A stretch of DNA of 64,000 bases, from the NCBI GenBank assembly GCA_035084275.1, contig CM068771.1, forward strand, positions 4,030,001 through 4,094,000, written 5' to 3'. Position numbers and translations under genes: made by a program. How positions within the stretch are numbered: position 1 is the stretch's first letter; every line of letters begins with the position of its first letter. The DNA comes from Hydrolagus colliei (lineage: Eukaryota). Shown here piece after piece: positions 34,001 to 47,900 of the stretch. A model generated the notes under the pieces. The model was not told where the DNA came from. It made no database searches and saw nothing but the letters and a program-made list of their open reading frames with translations.

Positions 34001-35299
34001 CCGAACTCAAGACCTTTCGTTTCAACCGTGCCTACAGCTGCCTTCCTACCTGTCTGCCCGCTCTCATCCCAACCCCTTTATTCACCGTGCAGAGAACACG
34101 TAGATAATGTACCGCTGAAATACCAAATCCAACAATACAGGTATCCCCCTATTTACAACGTTTCTATTTACACTGTTTCGGTTTAACGCGCATTTTTTTT
34201 AACACCTTTTCAGTCAATATACGACATTTGGTTTCGTTTTGAACGACCCCAAAAAATTTGGCGCGTCTTTTTTTTCGCACGCGCAGTACGCAGTGCATCG
34301 CGTGGGACCGAATGGGAAACCGCGTTTGGATTTACGACGTTTCGATTTGCGTGACTTTTTTCAGGAACGCAACCCTGTCGTAAATCGGGGTCTACCCCCA
34401 GCAACAAACTGTGTTTGGTTTAGCGCCTTTTGCGTCCCTCTCCTTGCAACAATGACCCACAGAGTTCAACGGTTTGTGGGGGTCTGAGTCTGAACAAAGA
34501 ATAACACCAGCAACCGGTATAGGAGAGGGGGTGGGGGGGGGGGGGGGAATTCCTGTAAACTGGGACTTGCACGTTAATTACTTTGACCCACTTCCTCTTT
34601 CTGGATGTTTAAACCAGTTTGAGACAGGAGAGGATGTTTATCTCAGTAAACGGTTCTTTCCTCTTGCATTGCAGTCCCACCCTGACCCGAGCTCTGGAGG
34701 AGATACGGTCTCCCACTCTTCGCGGCGAAGACTAAGGACGATGCGAGGAGCGCCTGGGAAGCTGAACCCTTGTTCTTGAAGTGTGTTCATTAAAGTCACC
34801 AACCACAGGGCATCAATGTGTCTGCCTCGAGTTCGATTCTGATGCCAACGCCTCTAATAAATCCCCCTACAAAGCGTTCTCCCCAATATAGCCCCCCGGC
34901 CCCACCACCACCAATTTCGACTTGATGTGAGAAATTTCTCCTGCCCAGTTCGAAGACAAAACAAGTCCTCACAAATTAAGACGAGGTGCAATTTCACTTG
35001 AGACCATCACGAAAGCTCATATGTCACACCCCGCCATCGTGTTTTCGCCCACAAATATATATACAGTCGATTCGCTTTACAGTATATTCTGCGAAGCTCT
35101 CTGGGACGTGAAGATGAGATGCGAAAGGCGCTTTATCGAGTGTCCCGCGATGTCCCAAAGCGCTTCACAGATTATGCCGTTAAGCGAATTGATTGAATAT
35201 TTTGTGGGCGAAAAGCCGCAGCCGATTGGGTAGAGCAGGATCCAGCAATTTTTTTTAAAAGGTATTATTAAACTCATCAAGTGATTTGCCAGTCGGTCT

Positions 35300-35790
35300 C
35301 CAGGTGTGTGTGTGTGTTTGTGTCAGTGTGTCTGACACAGAGTGTGTGTGTGTGTGTGTGTGTGTGACAACGTGTGTCTCAGTGTGTGTGTGTGTGTGTG
35401 TCTCAGCATGTGCAGTGTGTTTGCACAGGGTCGTGCAAATGTGTGTGACAGTGGGTCTCATTGAGTACAGTGTGCGTGTGACACCGTGTGTCTCAGTGTG
35501 TACAGAGCTGCGAAAGAGTTGCCTGAGTGTGTTCTGTGTACGTGACAGAATGCGTCTCAGTGTGTGACAGTGTGTCTCAGTGTGTACAGTGTGTGTGTGT
35601 GTGTGTCATAACGTCTCTCAGTGTGTGTGTAAGACAGTGCGTCTCAGTGTGTACAACAGTGTCTCAGTGTGTACAGTGTGTGGGTGTGTGTGTCATCGTG
35701 TCTCTCACTGTGTGTGTGTGTGACAGTGTCTCTCGGTGTGTGCAGTGTGTGTGTGAGACAGTCCGAGTGTGCGTACAGTGTGTGTACAGT
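35300..35790. repeat. Complex (GT)n-based satellite-like tract with recurrent GTGTCTCAGTGTGTACAGT units
   Basis: Directly visible. Confidence 0.8.
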
Positions 35791-36180
35791 TGTTTAACAG
35801 ACAAGTGCCTACTTGCTGCTGGTGTGTGAAGTAAAGAGAGTTGCCCGAGGTTTCTCCCCCGTCCCTGGAATCGAATCCAGGCTTGCGAGGTGAGTGAGGT
35901 GAGTGCTCTAACCATTATGCTACAGGCCTTCACTGGGCAAACAGTGGACACTGTTGGTCTGTACATTTTGGTGGAAAGGGCTGCGGCTTAAACATTTTTT
36001 AAAACAGTTTCTCACCATCTACGTTGCAAACATCTGTGACTGGCTGTGTAATGCCTGGCATGGAATACGCCTGCGATTGGAAAAAAAAATGCATTGTACA
36101 CCTCTGTACCAAACACTGCTCGTATCGTTTCAACGCCTAGGGACGTCCTCTCGACGTGAAAGGCGCGAGATAAATGTAAG

Positions 36181-36541
36181 NNNNNNNNNNNNNNNNNNNN
36201 NNNNNNNNNNNNNNNNNNNNNNNNNNNNNNNNNNNNNNNNNNNNNNNNNNNNNNNNNNNNNNNNNNNNNNNNNNNNNNNNNNNNNNNNNNNNNNNNNNNN
36301 NNNNNNNNNNNNNNNNNNNNNNNNNNNNNNNNNNNNNNNNNNNNNNNNNNNNNNNNNNNNNNNNNNNNNNNNNNNNNNNNNNNNNNNNNNNNNNNNNNNN
36401 NNNNNNNNNNNNNNNNNNNNNNNNNNNNNNNNNNNNNNNNNNNNNNNNNNNNNNNNNNNNNNNNNNNNNNNNNNNNNNNNNNNNNNNNNNNNNNNNNNNN
36501 NNNNNNNNNNNNNNNNNNNNNNNNNNNNNNNNNNNNNNNNN
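36181..36541. other. Assembly gap (N run)
   Basis: Run of N. Confidence 1.
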
Positions 36542-38384
36542 GTCTTCTACAACATGATGGAGTGATGCGGTGAAATGGATCTCTGACAGATTGTTTCAGC
36601 TACTGCGCAGTCGGCCAAAATATAAATTCATATTGTAAGGGGAACAAAATTTATAACGTGGTATTTCATCCCAACAATTTCACCTTGGGAAATCTTACTG
36701 CCCCCTCCCCCTCCCCCCCCCCGCCCTCACACCCTCCACAATGAAGGGATCTCCTCTCCCGCCCGCTCAGTGTTCCGCTAATATTTTAAAATATATTTCA
36801 AAATGTCACAGAATCATATCTTTAAAAATATGATTTTACTGGAAACAGATTTTTTCAAATGTTATATGAATGCAATTTGCTGCTGTCGTTTCTGTTCTTG
36901 CCCCCTGCTGTCCCTACTCCCTGCCTCTTTGCCAGCCTGCCTGCATATCTGCCTGCGTTCCTGCCTGCGTATCTGCCTGCCCGCGTGCCTGGCTGCCTGC
37001 CCTGCCCTGCCTGGCCAGGGAATCTACTGCCTCCTCCACCGCCGGGGGGCATCGAGTCGCTTCCCAGCTACAGGAAGTCACGATAAGTGGCTTGTGATAA
37101 GATAAGGTTATTTAAGGAGTTGGTAAACACTCCATCCCCCTCAGAAAGGGCAGCGAGCGCTGGAAGAGAGGGCCTCAGAGCTCACCTCCCGATCACAGGC
37201 GTCAAACGTAAGTAGTTTGATTCCAACTTCTGTGAGTTTAACTCGCTGGCTTTGCAGCCTGGACATAACAAAGACACATGAACCATTCACTGCCAGCGAT
37301 GTTAAGAGTCATTATAATAGCAATCCTTGTACTCGATATCGCGGCTTATGGCGTCTTGAAGAGACGTCTTAAAGCGTTTCGCAGAATGTACTGTAATATA
37401 CTATAAAATGGAGTGACTGTATATTCTGTGAGGAGAACACGACAGACAGCAGTCTCCCACAAACAGTCATGGGTTGAAGTGACACCATTTTTTGGGGGGG
37501 GAAAGAATGATTACCCCATCTCCCCACCCCCGGAAAAATGATCTGCCAAATGACTAGCAACCGGGCTCCTACATACCGCTAGATAAACAGAGGCGTGTGG
37601 AGTAAGGAAACTTTCCCTTACCTGGGAGTTCAACCCGGGTCCTCGCTCACTTGCGAGGCTTGTGGAGTAAAGAATCTTGCTCAGTGTTTCTCACTGCCAG
37701 GAATCAACCAGGTGAACGCTCTCACCACTGAGCTACAGGACTTCACTGGGAGCTATAATAATAATATATTCTTCCATTTCATATTGCTCCTTATTATATT
37801 TTATTATATTGTATTATATTATGTTATATTTCATTATATTATGTTATATATTGTTATATTATATTTTATTATATTTTATTATATTATGTTAGATTTTATT
37901 ACATTATATTTTATTACTTGTCTCTAATAACACATGATAGCTGCTATGTGCCGTTTCTGTACATGTGTCATTTGAGTTAGCGATTAATGGGCTGTAGGTA
38001 TATTTCATATTAATATAATAATAATCCTTGAATTTGATATTGCGTCTTACCAGTCTTTGAGGCATCTCAATGCACTACACAGAATGTACTTTAAAGTGAA
38101 TTAAGTGTATATTTTGTGGGTTTAACGTGGCAGCCAATTGCACACAGCAGCGTCCCACAAACAGTCATGGATTGAAGTGACCAATTTATTTATTTTTTAT
38201 TTTTGCAGAATAAATTATTACTACCGGAAAATGATCCGCCAATTGCACAACAGCTGGGTTTCTATTTTTTTATATACTGAGGTAAACAGAGGCATGTGGA
38301 GTAAGGAAACTGGCCTGAGGTTTCACCCTCCCCAAGAATCTAACCCAGGGAAGGTGCTCTATAATAATATATAATAATAATAAT

Positions 38385-38745
38385 ACTCCTTGCATTGATA
38401 CAGCGCGTTTCACATCTTATCGACGTCTCAAAGCGCTTCACAGAATATACTGTAAAGTGAAGTGACTGTATATTTGTGGGCGAAAAGCGGCAGCCGATTG
38501 CGCACAGCAGCGTCCCCCACAAACAGCCGTGGGTTGAAATGACCAATTTTATTATTGTGTTTTGTTTTGTGGAAGGATTATTATTAGGCATGCGTGTGTG
38601 CGTGTGTGCGTGTGTGCGTGTATGCGTGTGTGCATGTGTGCGTGTGTGTGTGTGTGCAGTAAGGAAACTTGGCCAAGGTTTCGCCCTGACCTGCCTGGAT
38701 TCAAACACAGGTCTCACGCCTGTAATGCGAGTGCTCTAACCACAC
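38385..38745 (-). mobile_element. Full-length Deu-type SINE with an internal (AC)/(GC) microsatellite
   Basis: Same layout; expanded dinucleotide tract at about 38590-38657. Confidence 0.85.
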
Positions 38746-41164
38746 TGAGCACCACAAGAGCTCTAATCACTGAGATACAAGATCCCCAGATTGCTTGGAC
38801 ATTCTGGCAATGTTTCATATCTCTGGCACGTCCCTGTCGCGTGAGCCAGGGTTTCACAGAACAGATGAAGGGTGTTCCTCAAACAACCCTTTGATCTGGG
38901 TCCATAATGCTGCTAATGACTCCCTCACTGCTGAGCGAGGGTAGTACATTAACACTGGAATGTGTAGCCTCCCTCCCCAGTGAACATTTGGTCAAAACAT
39001 TGGATTCAGCCAATTCCTGTATTTACGTGTGGTGGAAAACAATCACAAATCACATTAACCCCTTAAAGGAGCTCTATCAATGTAATCTTGTCACAAATGT
39101 AATTTTCATGTTGGTGTTCTGGTCATCAGTGGTTCTGGAATGCTGTGGACCTGCCTAGCTCAGGAACCAGACTGGAGACCGTCACAGAGGGTGCACAAGT
39201 AGAACTCTTTCCAATATTCACAGGTTCCTCAGATACCAAATGCACAAAAAGAATCCTTTATCCGGCTTTGATAGACGAATGTCTAAATGTTATGATGGTG
39301 AGCTCTCAGTGATGCCTTCATCATGTCCAGGCTTGACTATACTAATGCCCTCTTTGTTGGCCTTGCCAACACCTCCCTCCTTAGGCCGCAGATCATTCAG
39401 AAACCTGCAGCCCGTGCCCTCTCCCACACCAAACTCCGTGACCCTTTCACCCCTATTCTCGTCTGCCTCCACTGGCTTACCATAATTCAGAGGACTCAGT
39501 TCAAGATCCTGGTCCTCACCTTTAAAGCCCTCCATGGCCTTGTCACACCCGACCTCTGTGACTTCTTAACCCCCCCACAAACCTGTCTGCTCCCTCCGCA
39601 ACAACAAGTAAAATTACATTTGTATATTGCCTTTCACATCGGGAGGACGTCCCCAAGGCCCTGGACAGTCAATGTTTCAGACCCGAGCTGAGGTTGGGAT
39701 CGCGGAGGGTGGAGGGAAAAGAGGGAAATGGGGTGACCGATGGGACCATCGAGGAGGTGGTTCTTGAGACGGGATTTGATGGAGGCGAGGGAGGGGGTGA
39801 GACGGAGGGACTGCGGGATGGAATTCCAGAGGTTAGGGGCAGAGTGGCTGAAGGCTCCAATGCCAATATTGGGGCTTGTGGGTCGGGGACATGGACCTGA
39901 GCTCACTCAGTATAGAGAGAAGGCAGGTTGGTAAGGGGTTAGGAGGTCACGGGGCTAGGGTGAGGCCATGGATGGGCTTTGAATGTGAGGACCAGGATCT
40001 TGAATTGAATTCTCTGGGTGACGGGGAGCCAATGGAGTAGGTTGAGAAATGGGGAAATGGGTCACGGAGCTTGGAGGGGTAGAGGACACAGGCTGTAGAC
40101 CTCTGGATGATCCGCAGCCTAAGGGAGGGAGGAGTTGTGAAGGCTGGCAGGCAGGGCATCGGCTTTAATCGAGCCTGGACATGATGAAAGCAGCGCGAAA
40201 CCTTGAGTAAGTTTTCTTACTCCACACGCCTGATAATACTCCCTCAAGAAAAAAAATACTAAATTGGTCATTATGTTCAAGTGGATATTAAAGATCCATG
40301 GCACGGTTCGCAAAGAGAAGGGAGTTTCTCTCCCTCTTACTCGTTCTGGCCAACAATTCCCCCAAATGAAATGGTTCACTCACTTTGTGGCTCATTGAGG
40401 GACACCACTGTGCGCCACTGGCTGCTGTGTTTCGCCCATTAAAATAAACAGTCAATTCACTTTAAATATATCCCGTGAAGAGGCTTTGAGATGTGGTCAG
40501 GCTGCTGCACCAAACGCAAGGAGTCCCGTAGTTCAGTGGTTAGAGCGCTCGCCTTAAGAGCGTGAGAGACCTGTGTTCGAATCCAGGCAGGTCGGGGCGA
40601 GTTTCCGTACTCCGCACACACGCCTAATAATATTAATCCGTCCCCAAAAAAACCACAATGATAAAAATCTGTCATTTTAATCCACGACTGTTTGTGGGGG
40701 ACGTTGCTGTGTGCAACCTTTCACCCACAATTATACAGTCAATTCGCTTTACAACACATTCTGTGAAGCGCTTTGAGACGTCTAGAAGATGTGAAAAGCT
40801 CTATATGTCAAAATGCAAGGATTATTCTTGTTATTCTTATTTCTTGTTTGTTATAACTTAGTGACCCTGAGCGAAGTGTGTTACCAACTGAGCCAGGCTG
40901 ACCCTTGGAAGCTGCACATTGACTGTACGGTTAATATTGCACTTTTTATTTCGGTGACTTTCAGCAGGAATTTTAAATTTCAAGCAGAACAGACGGCAGT
41001 AAGAGAAAGATAAAGAGCAAATAACTGCTCTGTACAGTGTGTCCCATCCGAGCAGCACAGCCTCTCATGAGAGTTATGTACATTGCATCCCTGATCAAGA
41101 TCGTTTCATCACTTGTGCGACTTTTTTGCAACAAGTTTCAACACTGTTTGATTTCACTGAATAA

Positions 41165-41945
41165 AATATCTAATAATAATATAATAATAATAACCCTTGC
41201 ATTTGATGTAGCGCTTTTCACATCTTATCAACGTCTCAAAGCGCTTCACAGAATGTACTGTAAAGTGAATCGACTGTATAGATTTGTGGGTGAAACGCGG
41301 CAGCCAATTGCGCGCAGCAGCGTCCCCCACAAACAGCCGTGGATTGAAAATTACCAATTTTATTATTGTGTTTTTTTGGGAAGGATTATTATTAGGCGTG
41401 TGTGTGTGTGTGTGTGTGTCTCACACTTGTAAAGGTCTCACACTTGTAATGCGAGTGAGCTACAGGAGCTCCACAAATAAATATCAATAGACAAAGCTCA
41501 CCCCAGGAACAAATCTGGAACTGTTTTTGGTAAATGTAAATTCATACAATGATAATCCTCGGATTTGATGTAGAGCATTATCAGTGGTTAGAGCCACTCG
41601 CCTTTCAAGCGTGAGGCCTGTGTTCGAATCTGGGCAGGTCAGGGTGAAACCTTGGGCAAGTTTCCTTACTCCTCACACAAACACACGCACACGCACACAC
41701 ACACACACACACACATACACGCACGCGCCTAATAATAATCCGGCCCCAAAACCCACAATAATAAAAAAAATCGGTCATTTTCAATCCACGACTGTGTGTG
41801 AGGGACACTGCTGTGCGCAATTGGCTGCCGCGTTTCGCCTACAAATATACAGTCACTTTACAGTCCATTTTGTGAAGCGCTTTGAGACGTCGATAAGATG
41901 CGAAAAGCACGACATCAAATGCAAGGATTATTATTATTATTAATA
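41165..41945. mobile_element. Two oppositely oriented Deu-type SINEs (41165-41470 minus, 41580-41945 plus)
   Basis: Both show head, core and (TAT)n tail. Confidence 0.8.
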
Positions 41946-44900
41946 TAGTGTTTCACAGAATATATCGTAAAGTGAATTGGCTGTATATTTTGTGGGTGAA
42001 ACACAGCTGCCAATTGCGCAAACGGGGACTAAAAATGATGACTTTTCTTTCAATGGACTGCTTCACACGAAATTCTAAATTGGAATTGAGAAAGGCATTC
42101 AAAGTCAAAATAAAATATAATAGCGCGACGAGCGGGAAATGTTGGCGGGAAAAATTGGGGTTAAAACAAATGAAATCAACTTTTTTTTTATCTTGATGCA
42201 GTTGAATTGTCCAGTAAACCAAAATGGAAATTGTCTATCTATGGACTATTCATATACAGGAGGAAGTGTATGTAGAGGCAGTTATTATTAATGCAATCTA
42301 TCGGGTGCGACTGACGACATAATGGTCAGGATGGGACACATATGCGAGGGGTAGATCAGGATGCAGTCTTGCAAAGTCACGTTTATTTCCATTCAAGGCA
42401 ATCTCACTTCCAGGAACCACCTCAGATACACACAAACGTCCTTCCTGTGCAGGATGGGAGGTGAGGGCATTCATTCAATCAATCAGTCCAAACTTGCATT
42501 TATACAGCGCCTTTCAAACCACTTCCCTGACAGGATGGTCTCAGGGATATTGACAGTCGTACATCCGATCTCCTTTTCCCGGTGGGGTAATCTCTGGAAA
42601 ACTCCAGCTTGATCCCCCTGCCTCCGTGTCCCCCGAATACCCCCCCACTCCACCCCCGGCGGCCGTGCCTTCAGCCACTACACCGCGAGGCTCTGGAACT
42701 CCCTCCTTCGCTCCCTTCGCCTCGCCCCCTCTCTTCCCAGTTTCAGGTCCCAGCTAAAGACCTTTCTCTTCGACCGTGCCTTCGGTCACCTTTCTCCCCC
42801 CCTGTCCCCCACTAGCTCGGTCCCTGGGATCCGTTCTTGTGAAGCGCTCTGAGACACCATCCAGCGTGGAGTGAGGCCCCGATATAAATTGGAGTTGTTG
42901 TTGTATAATCCTTTCTTCCAAAAACTATTTATCACAACGAATATATACCGGTAATCTAATTTGGTCATTTTCAAATCCACAATTATTTCTGGGCCACCGC
43001 TGTGTGCAATCGGCTGCCGCATTTTGCCCAAAAATATATAGTCAACTCACTTTACAGTATATTCCATGAAGTGCTTTGAGACATCTTGGAGATGTGATAA
43101 AGGCACTAAATCAAATGCAAGGATTATTCTTCTTCTTACCCTACATCCACGACCTTCTAACCCCTTTACCAACTTGCCTGCCCCCTCCGTTCAGCAGACT
43201 CTGGCCTGTTCCGCGTCCCTCGCCCCCATCTGCCCCACCATTAGTGGGCGAGCCTTTAGCCACTTTGCCTCCAACCTCTGGAACTCCATCCCACAGACCC
43301 TCCTCCTCGCCCCCTCCCTGGTCCCCTTCAAGTCTCTCCTCAAGATTCTCCTCTTCGATGGTCCTATGAGAACTCCTAATCCCTCTCCCCTTCCCTCCCC
43401 TTCCCGTCCCCATCTTGGGTCTGAAACAGTGACTGTCCAGTTTAATTTTGTTGTTGTTGTTATTATTATTAATATTATTAAATGGCATGAACACAGGCAG
43501 ACTTGGTTAAGAATTTGAAGCGAAGTAAAGGTGCAGGGATTGGGATTAGATTATGGTGTAGGTAGTGGTTAGAGTGCTTGCCTCACAAGTGAGAGAACCC
43601 GCATTCGAATCCCAGGCAGGGCAAAACGTGAGGCAAGTTTCTTTGCTTCTGTTTACCTAGCAGTAAATGCCAACCTGGTTGCTAGTTGCTTTCCCGGAGG
43701 TAATGATTCCCTTAGAAAACACGTCAACGATAATGTTGTCACTCAATCCACGACTGTTTGTGGGACACTGCTGTGCGCATTTGGCTGCTGGGTTTCACCT
43801 ACAAAATACACAGTCAATTCATTTTACAGTACATTATAGTAATAATCCTTGCATTTGATGTCCCTCCCTATCACGTCTTGAAGATGTCTCAAGGTGCTTC
43901 GCTGAAGCTCTGTCTTGTGAATTGACTTTGTATTTTGTGAAGGGCTTTGAGAGGCCTCGACGACGTGATAAGGAACTATATCAAACACAAGGATTATTAT
44001 TAATCTATTATTATAAAGGCAAGTTGAACTACTATTGTACTGCAACAACAACAAAAACTTCGATTTATAGAGTGCCCTCCATACTGGACAGCGTCTCAGA
44101 GCGCTTCACAATAACGGATCCCAGGCCCGAGCCAGGGGGAAGGGGGGGAGAAAGGTGACTGAATGCCCGGTGGAAAAGAAAGGTCTTTTAGGTGAGACCT
44201 AAAACTAGGAAGACTGGGGCGAGGCGAAGGGAGTGAGAGTTTCGGGGCGTGGTGGCTGAAGGCACGGCCACCGATAGTGGAGCGAAGGATTCGGGCAGGA
44301 CAAGGAGGAGACCAGAACCGGAGGAATGAAGGCAACGAGTGCGCGTTGGGGGGGAGAGAGAGGAGGTCAGAGAGGTAGTTGGGTGGGTGGGGGGGTGCAG
44401 TGGAGTGGAGAGATATGTAAGGCACTAAAGTGGGCCTCTTACGTACAGGGGCTGCTAGGACTGCTGACGTGGGAATAGGAAATGTACACCAGCCCCCCTG
44501 GGAAGCGCGAGGCCGTGATAAAAAGAAACAAAAACACACAGGAATCCTGGAAGTCGCTAATGGGCTTGGAATGTCGGCCCTGACTCCATGGCCAACCGGC
44601 CCCTGGAAGGTAAAGATAAGGCAGAGTTCTGGGTGTGACCCCTTCAGATTCAATTGTGTTCGGTTCACATTGAGCAATCTTGTCTGGATAGACTGGGGGC
44701 GGAAGTAGCAAGGGTGTGTGTATGTGTGTTTGTGTGTGGGGGGGTTGGTGGGGGGTTCTTGTTTCTCTACATGACTTATGTGTATATATAATATATATAT
44801 ATACGTATGCTGTATATATATATATATATATACACAGTATACGTGGAGTCCTGTCGCGTGCTGGTTAGAGCACTCGCCTCTCAAGCGAGACGACCCGGGT

Positions 44901-47900
44901 TCGATTCCCAGGCAGGCGAAACCTTGGGCAAGCCTCCTTATTCCACAGGCCTCACAACAATAGAATAAAAATATTAATAATCCCTCGAGAACAAGAAACA
45001 ATCATAAATTGGTCGCTTCAATCTACGATTGTTTGCGGGGGGAATTCCGCTGTGCGCAATTGACTGCCAGGTTTCACCCACAGATATACAGTCAATTCAC
45101 TTGACAGTATATTCTGTGAAACGCTTTGAGACGTCTCGAAGACGGACGGGAAAAGCTCTACGTCAAATGCAAGCATTATTATTAGGCCGGTTTCCTTATT
45201 CCACAAACCCTCTCTTTACCGACCAGTGAATAGGAACCCGGTTGTCAGTTGATTTTTGCTTCTCCTGGAATAATAATGGGACTTTTGTGGACTCGCCCAC
45301 AAAATCCACGGTTAATTCACTTTACGGTATAATCTGCAACGCGCTTTGGGACATCTCGATGGCTCGATAAGGCATTGATAGGATACGACAGGATTATTGT
45401 TATTCGAGCTGCACGAACCGTTGCCACGATATAAAAAAAAACTTCTCGTTTTCACCAGCCAGTAATTCCCACAGAACTAAAAATACATTGGGCTTATATT
45501 AGAATGGTGTCATGTTAGTGACAGTTCACCATTGTTCAGTGCATCCAAACGTTTCCTGACGATTATTCTACAATGTGCCTCTCACCAGATCGCATTACCT
45601 CGCTGACGTTTCTCGTGGGGCACCGTTTCTCAGCAAATTACTCAGCTCCCACTGGCAGAGTCTCATTTAAACGGGACCTTTCTTTGTGCAAATCCGTCCT
45701 CGCGCGTGGCTTTCGACGCACATTGTTACGCGTCATTTATTGTACCTGCCTTTCTCGGTGTCACCTCCCGGCCTGAATCCCAGGAGGAACCCAAATGTTC
45801 CCGAGTCTCGTCGGGCCGATGTCAATATTTTACTGAAGCCTTGAGCTCAGGGTCACTAGCCTGTGTGAAGGGTGCGAGTACAACAACAACAACAACAACT
45901 TGCACTTTAGAAGCGACTCAGAGCGCTTAGAAGTAACGGAGCCTGACTCTGACCATAGTTGAAGAGGGGGGATATATGCAAGTTGCTGTCGTAGATCCAT
46001 TTACAACAACAAGTGGCATTCACGCAGTGCCTTTGTTTGAGGACGTCCCAGCGCACTGGACAGGTATCGTGGAAGGCCTAGGAGGGCAGGGGAGGTGGGG
46101 GTAGGAGACATGGTCAAAGAGGAGGGTTTCGAGATGGGCCTTGACGGAGGCAAGGGAGGTAACGAGATGGAGGGTCTCTGGGATTGAGTTCCAGAGGGTA
46201 GGGACCGAGAGGCTGAAAGCCTGACTGCTAAGGGTGAGCTAGACTGGGTGTGAGAATTCAGACAACTGTAAACCTAATGCCAACACTTTCTTTCTTAGTT
46301 GCTCTGTCCATAGATATTACAGCATGGAATTCCTTCCCATCTTAGCCTGTGAAGCCACGCTCTCTCTTAAAATGTACGATCGCATTTAATACGGAGGAAT
46401 ACATAATCCTTTGAAAAAAATGAATAATTTGGTCACTCAATCCAGGACTGTTTGTGGGGCAATTGACTGCGCAATTGATTGCCGCGTTCTTCCCGCAAAT
46501 TGTTATTATCTTATTACAGTATAAATCACTCTTTGGAGGTCATTTCGAGCTTGTTTTCTGTGTTGGGTCAGCCAGACCAATAATGAACACGTTGCCATTT
46601 TGTAATTCCTTCCCAAACAATAATGAAATGTCGAAAAGCGCAAATAATTTGGACATGCAAGTCCTCAAAGATTATATATATATATATATATACTGCATAT
46701 ATAGCTGTGTAAATATGCACAGAGGCTTGTGAATTATGACCTGCCCATCCATCCTTCCACTCACCCTCCCACCTGAAGCATTATTATCATAATAATCATT
46801 TTTGATTTGATATCAGTTTATCACTGAAGTGTTTCACAGCATGTAAATTTTTTAATGAATTATTAACCACCACCCCCAAAAAAAACAATCCAACTGACAA
46901 CCGGGTTCCTGCTTTCTGCAAGGTAAACAGAGGCAAACGTAGTGAGAAAACGTGCCCAATGTTTCGCCCAGCCTGGGAATCGAACCCTTGAAAGGTGAGT
47001 GTTCTAACCACTGAGCTACAGAAGTATATCCGTGTGTAAACCTGTGCTTGTATTTTTCAGCCCCACGATGACTGGATTCTGCTCGCCCGCCACGGCTTCA
47101 AGTCTGGGGAAGATGTCAGATCTACTTTGCGGACACACTCACCCGATCTTCTGTTCAGTAAGTCACGAAAGCTGCTCTCGAGAGTTCAAGCCTTTCATTC
47201 CAGATATTTATTTTTAATAAAAAAATACTCGTGGAATATTTTATTTAATAATAATCCTTGCATTCGATATAGTACCTTATCATGCCATCGAAACGTCTAT
47301 ATTAATAATCCTTGCATTTGATATAGCGCTTTTCACTTTGTCACACAACTCGAAGCGCTTCACAGAATAGACTGTAAAGCGAATCAACTGTGTGGTATGG
47401 GCGAAATGAGGCAGCCAATAACACACAACAGTGTCCCACAAACAGTCATGGACTGAGTCAACAAATTCTAATTTTAAAAAGATTATTGAAGGGATTATTA
47501 CCCCCCCCCCCCCCCCCCCACCCAGGAACAGGGAACCGCCAATCGACTGACGTCCAGGTTGCTATTTACTGCTCAGTCAACAGAGGCGAGTGGAGTAAAG
47601 AAAGCTGCCTTACGTTTTGACTCCGCCTGGGATTCGATCCCAAATTCCTCTCACTTCCAATGCTCTAACCATTGAGTCAGAGGACTCCGATGGACCGTTT
47701 CCCAGAACTGGTGAATGGTACTGCGATCTGCCTGTAATTTTGCAAGACAAGCAATGTCTTGCAATCGGCTACCAAGCGATTGAGGGATTTTATGATAGTG
47801 TATCATTATCCTAAACCTTTACAAGGCTCGGGGCACATTTTCCACATAGAGTTCCTGGTGAACTTTCCCGGAGATTAAGGCCGGTGGAATGTGGGCTGCG

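Noticed and set aside
30620-34398. A single 3.8-kb Tigger element bounded by matching inverted ends
   Set aside because: The right-hand end appears to belong to a separate short element (34136-34398) with its own left terminus, and no continuous transposase lies between.
47061-47157. Match of PHDD... to the PPT2 exon beginning PHHDD
   Set aside because: Similarity stops after four residues, and exon length and phase do not fit as I recall PPT2.
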